A DNA stretch of 62,969 nucleotides, the filler included, from Octopus bimaculoides (taxonomy: Eukaryota), in NCBI RefSeq assembly GCF_001194135.2. It is 6 parts of 6 records of this genome, joined end to end, with 100 filler letters (N's around TTAATTAATTAA, not from the genome) between each part and the next. Parts side by side here need not be neighbours in the genome. Positions count along the whole stretch, not along the records: positions 34,573 to 49,084 come from NC_068996.1; 5 more parts are not named here. One strand, given 5' to 3'. Below are positions 38,314 through 49,184 of this stretch, piece after piece (positions within the stretch are counted from its first letter, which is position 1; every line of letters begins with the position of its first letter). Both the position numbers and the translations under genes were made by a program. The notes under the pieces were generated by a model that ran no database searches, was not told the origin of the DNA, and saw nothing but the letters and a program-made list of their open reading frames with translations.

Positions 38314-39042
38314 TCATATGAAAATCGCATGTAAATGGTATAGGAAAGTGTTATAGAACCCTTGCCGGTTTACTTGAGAATATCTAGTATAGTCAAGACA
38401 GATACATGTGGTCAGAGGAAAAAATAGTAAGAAAGAAGATAGAAAATGGAATGGAAAATCTTATACAGACAGTTTACGACAGCGGTGAGCAGAAACAGAT
38501 ACGAATGGAAAGAGACACTGTCTAAGAAAGAGTGATCTGAAGCCAGAAACAAAGGCGCTTATCTGTGCTACACTGAACAAGCACTTGGGACAAATTACGT
38601 TAAATATACTATTGACACTAGAGCAGATAACGGCAGTGATAAATGTGAGACTGTATAATATATTGTGAATGAATGCAGGAAGCTGGGTCAAAAAGAATAC
38701 AGAAGGCACGATAATGTCACGACACTGATTCATTAAGTGGAGTGGCAAGTCCGGATTGGATAGAGTAAATTCTTAGAAGGAATAATCAAGAATGACAAAG
38801 GATGTAATGATTCAGTGTGATCAGAAACTGAACCTCGAAAGCTGGCTATAGTGGTTGTGATTAAAGAGGCAAAAACCCCGTTTAATCATAGATGTTGCAT
38901 GCACCACGTGATGACAGAGTATGGGAAAGAGAAGCAGAGAAATGAGTCAGATGTAATGATTGGAAGTGAGAAATAAAATGACTGTGGTCACTGAAGAAGC
39001 TGAGTGCTGTATATGTTATTGTGGAGCCTTGGGCACTATAAG
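37050..39042 (+). mobile_element. R4/Dong LINE relic with the RT core deleted, cut at its 3' end by a Tigger element
   Basis: N-terminal KWTREENRIVMQC, post-RT LMRYGVSIINW..DIDRLYLSR, KSDLKPETKALICA, and nuclease region IDVA..VIVGALGTI. Confidence 0.75.
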
Positions 39043-39044
39043 TA

Positions 39045-39707
39045 CAGTTGACATTCGAAAATCCGGCCATCGAAAATCCAGTTCCTTCAGGTTTCCGGCA
39101 TGAATTTCGGAGCGCATTTTCAAATTTACCGTGTTGGTGCGCCAGTTTTCTGGATGCGCCGTTTATGTTTTGATACTCATTCCTTTTCATTTTATCCTGC
39201 TCACTCCTTCTTATTTTATCATTTATTTGCTGCTGTATAGCCCCATTATGGATTCAACAACGAAAAGAGGTGGCGTAAAACGTAAACATCGTGCGTTGTC
39301 GATCGCAGAGCAAGTGAAAAGGCTTAACAGAAACTTAATAGCAGCGTGTCTTAGCGAACCATTTGTGAAACGTATGACATTGGCTCTTCAACAGTGTGTG
39401 ATATTAAAAAACAGAAAGAAAACTGTTAAAGTTCTTTTCTGACAGTGGATCGAAAAAGCAAATGTTTGTAAGGAAGTCAACGACGAAGGGAAAGAGTTCG
39501 GAACTGGACCAAGTTTTCATAACCTGATTTAATCTTCGTGTAAGTGAAGGTGTGGAAATTTCTGGTGATTTATCAAAGGAACAAGCCAAAGTGTTTCATG
39601 AAGAGCTGGGATTGCAACACAAGTTTGAATATTCAGAAGGTTGGCTGCATCGTTTCAAGTCGTGACATGGCTTACAGTTTCGTGCCGGGTTTTTTAATGT
39701 CAACCTA
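39045..39707 (+). mobile_element. pogo/Tigger DNA transposon, internally deleted
   Basis: TA|CAGTTGACATTCGAAAATCCGG with a degenerate right TIR (ccgggttttttaatgtcaacc..TA). CENP-B-like KRKHRALSI and EGWLHRFKS. Confidence 0.8.
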
Positions 39708-40449
39708 TACAATGTTCACAAACTAGATTGAAAGGCAGGAGTAAATATGAAGATAGAACATCTACAAAAATTATTATTGTTTGGAACTGTACGAATCTTT
39801 CACAGTGTTCTAGAACACTAAATGAAGAATGTTGCTTTAATTCAGTAGTTGTGAACAGCTGACAATTTGTTACATTCTCCAGCGAAATCACTGTTAAACA
39901 ACAAAAACAACAACAACTAGAATAACAACAGCAACAACAATGGGACAATATTAACAATGCAAAAGGCATTGACAGCAGTTTTTATTCAAGTAGCTTAAGC
40001 CTATTGGTAAAACTTAGTAGTGCTAAAATGGATCGCATCTCGAAGAGAATTAAAAAATGGATGTCTGCTTAGTATATGATTCATCAATAATAGCAACACA
40101 ATTTTAGAGGAGTAAAGCTCACTATATAAAACTATATCCGGGTGGTTGTGCTTGAGAGCAGTGGTCGGAAGTCAACCTAGAACATCTTTGAAAACACACT
40201 AAGCGCAGTGGGAGAATTACCAGTGTGAGATCTGGTACAGTTTAACTGCCACAAAAAGAGCTTGGAAGCAGTCTCTCTGAACCGAGGTTGGTAATCCCTC
40301 TAGTGATAATATCATACTTAAACAACCTCTAAAAGTGAAATGCCTAAAAGAATTATAATAGATAACGGCGTTCTAATAATAATAGATAACGGCATCGAGA
40401 TATCGATGGGAACTGATATACCCATCACAGATGAAAGCAAAAGAACTGT

Positions 40450-41050
40450 ACATCGAATAGTCGAGTTAGTAAGGAAAGCAAATTTTGGAGTGATATATGA
40501 TATTACGAAAAGGGCCAATGGAAACTGACGTACAAAACAGGAAAAGTAAGCATGGTCTACCGGAAAGCTCATTAGAATTCCGGATTGTTTGAAAATATTT
40601 GAAAATGCACACAATATCGTGAATTTATTGAACTGAAGTATGAATGGATGAACCACTGAACCCAAGTCTGAAAAAAAATCAGAAGATTAAAAAAGAAAAG
40701 ACAAAAGGAAAGAGAAGAATATTTAATCAGTTTTGTGTAAATGATAGAATTTCATCATATTCACACAAAATTGCTTGATTAAATATTCTTCATTTTTTCC
40801 TTTTCTTTTTTCTTTCTTTCCTTACTTTTTCTTTTTGCTGGTGGTAAAATTCAAAATTAAAGACTCGAGATGTCATTTCGTCTAAATGGAAACAAAGGTT
40901 GATTCGGTCAAACTTTAGAGTTTGAATTTTTATAATTTTGAATTTCTATGCATTACTTTTCATCTTGAACTCGACAAAGACAAGCAAGCTTTCGAAATAT
41001 CGTTCAAACCAATAAACTATATATTGCAATCGGTTGCGCTCTTCGTATTG
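40450..41050 (+). mobile_element. Probable PLE 3' relic (degenerate GIY-YIG) ending in an HHR-bearing pseudo-LTR
   Basis: GVIYDIT..HGLPESSLEFRI resembles GIY..YIGxT..L..R. HHR-like motif at 40965-41007 followed by AATAAA. Confidence 0.4.
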
Positions 41051-41099
41051 TCTAATAATAATAATAATAACAACAATAATAATAATATCACCATTAAAC

Positions 41100-42045
41100 A
41101 GTAGACCGTTTTCACCAAGGAACTCACTTGAGTCCCATCTTTGCTATACAGTTTCAGATCATCCATGATTGATTGTTTGAGAATTTTTCCTTTAGCTGAT
41201 ATCACAGAGTCATTTTCCTAAGCACTAAGGTCAGGGGTATCATGCAGAGAACAAAAAGCAGCGGACTGTTTTTGTGCTGAGATTAGAATGGAATTGTGGA
41301 ATAATCTACCTATAAAGAGGCAAGGTACAGCCCCTAGCAGGGATAGAATTGCCGAATAGAGAACTGATAAAGCAAATTGAGACAGAAGGCTACAAATACC
41401 TTGGCATGCAAGAGTTCGACGAGATAATGCAAAAGGAAATGAAAGAACAACTGAGGAAGGAATATTTTCGAGGTTGGTGTTGCGCTTAAAATTGAACGGA
41501 TGGAATAAAATCCAGGCGGTTAATACATGGGCGATAGCATCACTTCTGATGGAGCTGATATTATAAAATGGCAAAAGAAAGATCTGATGAAAATAGATAC
41601 AAAGACAAGAATAATGTTGAGAGTATACGGAGCCTTCCACCCTAAGATTGACACCGATAGGCTGTAATTGTCTAGAAGACAGGATGGGAGAGGATTGATC
41701 AGTTGTCAGGACTGTATCGAAATAGAGGAAAACAGTTAGGGTGATATGTAAAGAATGCCGTGGAGCCATTGTTGAAACATACGAAGAAGCCCGGCGTCAT
41801 CAAAACTGAGAATAGTGTAACGAAGGTTGTGGTCAATGAAGAGAGTAGACGTGATACCAATAGTAATTGGTGCACTTGGAAGTATCAGCACTCAACTACC
41901 AACATGGCTAACAAAAGATCTGTGCAAGTGTGAAGGTAGAACATCCACAAAAGTCAGCATTGCTTGGAACTGCAAGAATTCTTCGCAGGGTTCTTGAAGC
42001 ATGACCAGTAAACAAGTGTCACCTTAGTCTGCTGGCTGTGGTCAG
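41100..42045 (+). mobile_element. R4/Dong LINE with an inverted 5' segment (41100-41268 on the minus strand) and an internal deletion
   Basis: Minus: SPLLFVLCMIPLTLVLRK..MDDLKLYSK..SLVKTV. Plus from ~41266: CAEIRME..GYKYLG..HPKIDTDRL, then IPIVIGALG..KSALLGTARILRRVL*. Confidence 0.8.
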
Positions 42046-42218
42046 CTAACGAGAGTCAAACATAAAGGTTATTCTATTGTCATCGGAGCATTGGGTTCAA
42101 TACCACACAATCTGAAAAAAAGCATCTGAAAATTTTAGAAATACCCTACAATCTAGGTGTATTGCAAAAGTCGGCATTACTTGGAACTGCACGCATATTG
42201 CGTAAAGTACTCTCTGCC
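42046..42218 (+). mobile_element. Second R4/Dong 3' end
   Basis: VIGALGSIP..LQKSALLGTARILRKVLSA, then gap and (AAT)n. Confidence 0.8.
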
Positions 42219-42393
42219 NNNNNNNNNNNNNNNNNNNNNNNNNNNNNNNNNNNNNNNNNNNNNNNNNNNNNNNNNNNNNNNNNNNNNNNNNNNNNNNNNN
42301 NNNNNNNNNNNNNNNNNNNNNNNNNNNNNNNNNNNNNNNNNNNNNNNNNNNNNNNNNNNNNNNNNNNNNNNNNNNNNNNNNNNNNNNNNNNNN

Positions 42394-42465
<72 letters not shown>

Positions 42466-42692
42466 CAAGACGAAGAGTGCGATTCGATTGTATAGATGTT
42501 TTATTCGTTGAACAATATTTCGACAGTACGTCTGTCTTTCTCTGGTTACTCTCGTTCATAGTTTACGTTTAGTTTCTGAAATTTTTAATTTTCAATCACC
42601 TTTTGGTTTGAACTTGAGAAAGACAGACGTTCTGTCGAAATATTGTTCAATGAATAAAACATTTATACAATCGAATCGCGCTCTTCGTCTTG
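42466..42692. repeat. Fold-back of two HHR-bearing pseudo-LTR ends (~78-bp arms)
   Basis: caagacgaagagtgcgattcgattgtata..ctttctc mirrors gagaaagac..tatacaatcgaatcgcgctcttcgtcttg. Confidence 0.9.
42608..42650 (+). ncRNA. Minimal type I hammerhead ribozyme with a U3-A8 core
   Basis: TTGAAC-TTGAGAA-A-GACAGA-cgt-TCTGTC-GAAA-TA-TT|GTTCAA: 6-bp stem I, 6-bp stem II, palindromic stem III (ATAT). Confidence 0.65.
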
Positions 42693-42759
42693 ACTATTTA
42701 CTTTCGTAAAGAATTACGTCAATCCTTAAAAAAAAATAATAATAATAGTAATAATAATA

Positions 42760-43300
42760 ATACAATTCCTATCATAGTAGGCGCCTTAGGTATAATTAAA
42801 AAAATATTAAGACAAATACATAACAAAAACACCAGGACTTACAAATATATATAACATACAGAAAATTGCACTACTGGGCACTGCACACATCCTACGCAAA
42901 ACACTTTCAATACAGTAACCATAAGAGCATCACAGCAAACCACAGCACATACCCAAGGCGCACAGAGCTGCGCTCGGTAGTGAAGTGAAAGCACGTTATA
43001 AAAATAGAACTACTGAACAATAATAATAATATAATGGGATGTCAGAAGCATCTAGATAAGATCTCAAGAGAACCATGTCCCAGAGAAATATAAAGGATTG
43101 TGCCAATGCCCGCATCTTTGGAAAGACCCTATCGATTTAAATGTCTGTTGTATTAAATGAAGATATTTCACTACAGCCCTGCCACTTCCCCGCCCCAAGC
43201 TTTTCCTCAAATTGTAACATCTCTTATCCTCCACTCGCCCCAGGATGCTGAGTGTGTTTCGGCAAGTGATTGTAACAAACATTCAGATTAAAAGTAAATA
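42760..43300 (+). mobile_element. Third and probable fourth R4/Dong 3' ends, each followed by (AAT)n
   Basis: IPIIVGALG..IQKIALLGTAHILRKTLSIQ* plus UTR to ~43020. A more decayed end follows at 43030-43295. Confidence 0.65.
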
Positions 43301-43353
43301 ATAATAACAATAACAACAACAATAATAATATTAATAATAACAACAACAACAGC

Positions 43354-43399
<46 letters not shown>

Positions 43400-43401
<2 letters not shown>

Positions 43402-46400
43402 TAATTCGTTTATTGGCCACAAGGGATTACATAGAATTATATTAAGAGACATAAAACAACATAAAAGACGAAAACAGGACAATACAATGGGTTTTACAAC
43501 GTGTAAACAATATAATAACAATTGAAATTAAACAATTTAAATAACAATTAGAATTAAACGATTTAAAACTCCCAATAGGGGAGGCGCATTACGGACCTCG
43601 TGAAAAAACCCACAAAAGTCACGGGTGCCTGAACAACAAGGCAAGAGCGCTTCTTTTGTTTACAGGTGCACGCTCAGAATTGGTCCTTTCACACTGGCCC
43701 TTCTTCCAACATTCACCCACCATTCAACAAACTTGCTACAAGGCAACACTTCCCTCTCCACCCTCAACTTCCTTTTCAAGTGAAACTTGAAAAAGTTGAT
43801 GAGGGCTTGGCAAAGGACGAAAAAGTGCCTGTCCTTAGCCCTTTCAAATGGGTCCAAAATATTACCTCTTTCGCTACAGCCACTAGACAAATAAAAATTG
43901 CCTTCCCCTCCCGGCCAAAANNNNNNNNNNNNNNNNNNNNNNNNNNNNNNNNNNNNNNNNNNNNNNNNNNNNNNNNNNNNNNNNNNNNNNNNNNNNNNNN
44001 NNNNNNNNNNNNNNNNNNNNNNNNNNNNNNNNNNNNNNNNNNNNNNNNNNNNNNNNNNNNNNNNNNNNNNNNNNNNNNTGATAGCCGGATTAGTCCTACA
44101 CGCGACAGTAGGTGTTTGACATAAACCTACAGGTCAGCAATACTCGGGCACTGGACGAGGGCTTGCAGAACGGTTTCATCGTTCTGGGCGTACCTCGAGC
44201 GGGCCCGACTGACGGCTCTTCCGTGCTTGTAAAGTTTATCTCGAACAGGCTGCACCCCTCGGTAGCACTGCCAGGCAAGGGATTTCTGGAAGTTGTCCAT
44301 AGGCCCAGGCCCGAAAGTTCTCCGAAACAGACTGGTTAGTTGATCTTCATCGACGCCCAGAGTTTCCCTGGGAACGTTGTCGCACTTTCCCTCCACTAGC
44401 CCTCTATAGAACGCTAGAGTAGAACTACCGCCGACCGCATTGCCTGCCTGGCGGAGGGCTGTGGGCATATGACGGCATTCGAGGTCCCAAGCCCCCCTCC
44501 TCGGTCTACGCCTAATCCAGGATTGCAACTCAGTCAAACAGACGAGCTGTGGAAAAGTGCGTCTTACAAACGGTGACCACACGTGCTCACCGTCAAGGAA
44601 ACGCTGGAGATGCTGCAACCTCAGCACATGTCTGTGCATCAGTAACCACGGCATACCCAGCCCTCCATTCAGCGACTGTTGACAGCAGATGGAGCGCCTG
44701 ACCAGTGGAACGTGCCCCTTCCACAGAAAGCGGAAGAGTAAGCGAACCAGCTTGGTGAACATTACAAATTTTCTGATGCATAGCATGGAAGAGTGGAAAA
44801 CCAAATTGTGCTCAAGTAATGTATTCCTTGGAGAAGTTAATATTAAAAGGGAAATCGTCCAAGGCGACTCGTTTTCTCCGTTACTTTTTGTAATTGCACC
44901 AAAACTCATAACAATGACTAAAAGCGGTCACCGCGAGAACAGCTGACAGATATTGATGGTCAACCCAGTCAAAGGCTTTTGACTGATCTAAATTGATCAA
45001 AGCTCCAGGTTTCTTAGCTACCCTATCTTTAATGTAGCGCGTTAAGTATAGGTTGTCGTGGATGGACCTGTTTGGGACGGCGCATGTTTGTGCGTCTCCA
45101 ACCAGTTTCTCGACAACTAGCGCCACCTCTTCACTAACACTTTGGCCAAAATTTTCATGTCTGCATTAAGCAGAGTGATGGGCCTAAAATTATCTAATAC
45201 CTCCCTCTTGTTTGGCTCCTTTCTCGACAGTAGCACTGCTCCTCGGCTCACAGATTTGGGAATTGTCTCATTCTGTTGCCAGTTGCAGTAGATATCTGCC
45301 AAGAGGCCTGCAAATAAGTCTGGCATCCTAGAATAAAGCTCGTAGGCAGACCATCTAATCTCGGCGATTTGCTCCGCATGCAGCCAATTATCTCGTCCCG
45401 TATTTCCTCAGTTGTTATTGGCCTTTCGCAACACTCCGCATGTCTTGCTGAGAATCGTGGTAGGCCATCGAGGTAGGCAGTGAAATCCATCCTGTGATCT
45501 GGCCCACCGTCCGGCAAAATGCTGCTGAAAAGCCGCACACATCTGCTCCGGCTCGTTCACCGTAGGCCCAATTTGGTCCACAAAAGACTGAATGGTCTTT
45601 TTATTGCCATTTTGCGACTCAGCCACCCGGGCCCATCGGGCAGCTTTGGTTCCCTCTTGTCTCAGAGCACGTTCCTTAGCTCTGACAATGCAGCCTTCGT
45701 ACTTGGCGTTGAGGTGTTCCTCGAGGGCCAACTTCGTTGCCAGCACTTCAGTTGCAAAGCCTTTCCTAAGCGCCTCTTCTAACTTTCTCACTAAATCACC
45801 CACTGATCTATTTCTTTTAACAGCTAAAACTTTGCTAAGTCTAACTGATTCTACTTTGATGGCTCTTTTTAGGTTATACCACCATTTATTGTTGACGATT
45901 GCCCCCGTCAAAGTTTTCTGAACTAACTCTTTAATCCGGTCTCTGTAAGCTTGGCACGCCGGGAGTGACGTGTTTAGTTTCCAGTAGCCGGGACCCTGTC
46001 TGCAGGGCACCGGCTACTGGAAACTATCTAAGTCGACCTTACAGGTCACCAATTTGTGATCTGTGTAGTCGATGATTTGAAATTGTGGACAACTAATACT
46101 ATCCCTATCTAAAGACCTTCAAAAACTCTACGATCTGGATGTTCCGATGCGGTTTGCACATGTCCACAATGGCAAATTCAGGAAATCCAGTCGGTACCTG
46201 TCAGACAGTTGAAAGTATCTAAGCAGGTTTGCGAAGCTTTTGCAATCCCCTTTCCTACCGGCTAGCCCCACACAATCTAATTGTGCATCTAAGAGGGCGT
46301 TGAAATCATCCATTAACATTAAAGATAGGGAAGTATCCAGGAAGACCTCCAGATATCTGAAGTATTCCGGTTATCCTGCACCTGTCGGTGCGTAAACAGC

Positions 46401-47950
46401 CACCATACTGGAGGTCCCACCGTCACTACCATTCACGTCCAGAACCAACCGCTTACTTTCTGGGTCCAAGAAGACTGACCTTATTTTGAGATCCAGACCT
46501 TTCCGAAACAATATTGTTGTACCCCCACTACCCATTCCACGCCGATACGGAGATGCATAGATCTCGTAGTCATATAAAATGGGCATGAAAGCTTGCGGTT
46601 CGGTTAGTCTGGATTCAGTAACGGCTATTATATCTAGTCTTCGTGACCTGAGGTCGTTGAGTAGGTGACCTTGGTTGTGGTGGTGCTGGTGCTTTTGCTA
46701 AAGCCCTCTCTGCTTTCTTTTCGTAGGATTTCTTCTGTTGTTGGGATTGCTTCTGTAGTTGTGGTTGCTTCAGTTGTTGTGGTGTGGGTGGTGCTTGTAT
46801 TAAGTGAGTAGTGTTCTCCTGTTTTAGTTGCGAGAAAAAAGGCTTTAAGGTGATTATTCTGTCCCCATTGATAACATCTTGGCCTTCTGCCCACAACTGT
46901 GACATTCAGCAAAGTGCCATCTGGAAGGCTGAGTTGGTCAGGAATTTGTTCCAAAACGTCTTGCAATTCCTGACCAGTCCAGTTGTTTTTTCCTTGTTTC
47001 TCGACTTGGATGATTTTGATTTTATCTTCNNNNNNNNNNNNNNNNNNNNNNNNNNNNNNNNNNNNNNNNNNNNNNNNNNNNNNNNNNNNNNNNNNNNNNN
47101 NNNNNNNNNNNNNNNNNNNNNNNNNNNNNNNNNNNNNNNNNNNNNNNNNNNNNNNNNNNNNNNNNNNNNNNNNNNNNNNNNNNNNNNNNNNNNNNNNNGT
47201 TCACAGTTTCCCAACTGGGCTGTTCAGTGCTGTTTTGCTACGTCTTCTGTTGCACATCTGACTTCAACTGTGCCATATTTCTTACCCCTCGACAGATATG
47301 TTACATCTTTTCAACTGCTTGCTTTGTGTCAGTTTTTAAACGTCTATTTTTTAAAGATATAGCTTTGTACACCATGGTACGTGTGTTTGTATTGTCTATA
47401 ATATCTGGAGGTGTGTTTATAGAAACACATCTTATGCTTTTTCTTTTTAAAATGTTCCTGTAATCTTTGAGAGATTCTACAGAAACATTAATGAATTCAG
47501 TGTAGGTTTTGCTATTGAAGCAAAACCTAAGCTGTTTAATGCATTGGGTTCTTGTTGTTGCTGTTCTTGTTGTTGCTGTTCTTGTTGTTGGTGGTGGTGG
47601 TGTTGTTGTTGCTGTTGAGTGTTCAAGGTGTCAGTATTAGTGGTGGTAGTCGGAGGGCTTGGGTTCACAGGTATTGCGACTATAGTAGCGTCCATTAACA
47701 GAATTTCTTTGCTCTTTTCCTCTTCTTTCTCGCGTTTCTTTTCTTCTTTTTCCTTCTGTTGCTCAGCGTTGCACGTTCTAGCAAGAGTTTGGTCGTCCCT
47801 TTCTCTGCCTTTTAAGGCGCAGAGTGAACGAAGACAATTAATTTTCACACCATCTTGGCTGTCTTCCGACCTGCTAACTCGAAGACCTACTACGGATCCC
47901 TAGCTCCAGCCTCAGCTGTGAACTTGGAACCTAACGAATGAGCAATTGTA
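43400..47950 (-). mobile_element. Near-full-length Tx1/L1-clade LINE (ORF1 + APE/RT ORF2), decayed, RT core missing
   Basis: ORF1 with knuckle GRRPRCYQWGQNNHL. APE motifs VAVYAP, DDFNA, GPGYWKLNTSL. RT motifs RPITLLNADMKI, RSIHDN, LDQSKAFDWVDH, then GGLGMP and zf-RVT. 3' UTR ends in (TAT)n. The 5' boundary is approximate. Confidence 0.9.
44760..44915 (+). mobile_element. R4/Dong-type RT fragment in opposite orientation inside the Tx1 element
   Basis: SMEEWKTKL..LGEVNIKREIVQGDSFSPLLFVIA. Confidence 0.75.
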
Positions 47951-48131
47951 GCACTTACACAGCGAACGTATTAGTTAGATCACCAGTGAATTAGATCCCT
48001 CATATTCTTTTTCGATGCAATCCCCAAAAAACTGGTTCGCCAGTCAACATCATTAAGCTGTGGCCGGCATAATAGAATGGGAGCTTTATTTGCATATACA
48101 AAACGTTTCCCCCATAAACAAATCTAAAAGA

Positions 48132-48172
<41 letters not shown>

Positions 48173-48173
48173 A

Positions 48174-48235
<62 letters not shown>

Positions 48236-48262
48236 CGTGTGCACATATTGCATGTACATACA

Positions 48263-48398
48263 TATCGCCTGAAGAAATGATTCCATGAAGATGATCAACC
48301 CGATACCCATGGATACTACGGACTACACTATAATCATCTCAGGAATATGGACTGTCATTTTAAGAGACAAGCGATTGGTGGAAACGTGTGTAGCGATG
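48263..48398 (+). ncRNA. HHR-like motif with a 105-nt stem-II insert
   Basis: TATCGC-CTGAAGA-(105 nt)-GAAA-C-GTGT-G-TA|GCGATG: intact core and 6-bp stem I, but the stem-II closing pairs are not evident. Confidence 0.5.
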
Positions 48399-49017
48399 CA
48401 TTAAAATGTTTATAAATTCCATCCAAGGATTATTATTATGATTGTGTGTGTGCGTGTGCGTGTGTAGTGTTCGTATTTGCAACGCTTTTAAATATATTTC
48501 TGACTACGGTCAGGGTCGACTAGGCGCTAACTAACAACAACTAAATCTTAAATCATGACTTAGAAGCTTCTCTGCAGACACTCGACATTAGTAGTAGCAT
48601 CGAGAAAAAATTTAACAAACAACAATATAAAAGATAAGAACAAAACATAAACAGTAACAGCTAAAAAGAAAACACTCACCACCGCCTGTAGAAAGGAATT
48701 CTTGAACAATATATGACAGTCTCGCTCCCATACGACCCCCGACAACGAAATAGAGTGGACACTAATTATTACTGTAAGGAATATCTCAAGTGCCGGATCT
48801 GTGAAATGCACTTAGACGGTTAACCAGCCACCTAATTACCAGGGTACAGTCGGTTTAAGAAGGGTGAGCAAAGTGGCAGGTGGTGACAACAATAACAACA
48901 ACAGCAATAGTAACAAAAAAAAACTGACAAAAAACAAAAATAACAACAGAGTAGTAATAGCGTTAGCAACAAAGACCAAATCAGAAACAAGTATAACTGC
49001 AGTATATATATATATAT

Positions 49018-49084
<67 letters not shown>

Positions 49085-49184
49085 NNNNNNNNNNNNNNNN
49101 NNNNNNNNNNNNNNNNNNNNNNNNNNNNTTAATTAATTAANNNNNNNNNNNNNNNNNNNNNNNNNNNNNNNNNNNNNNNNNNNN
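49085..49184. other. Artificial scaffold linker N44-TTAATTAATTAA-N44
   Basis: Identical to the other four. Confidence 0.95.
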
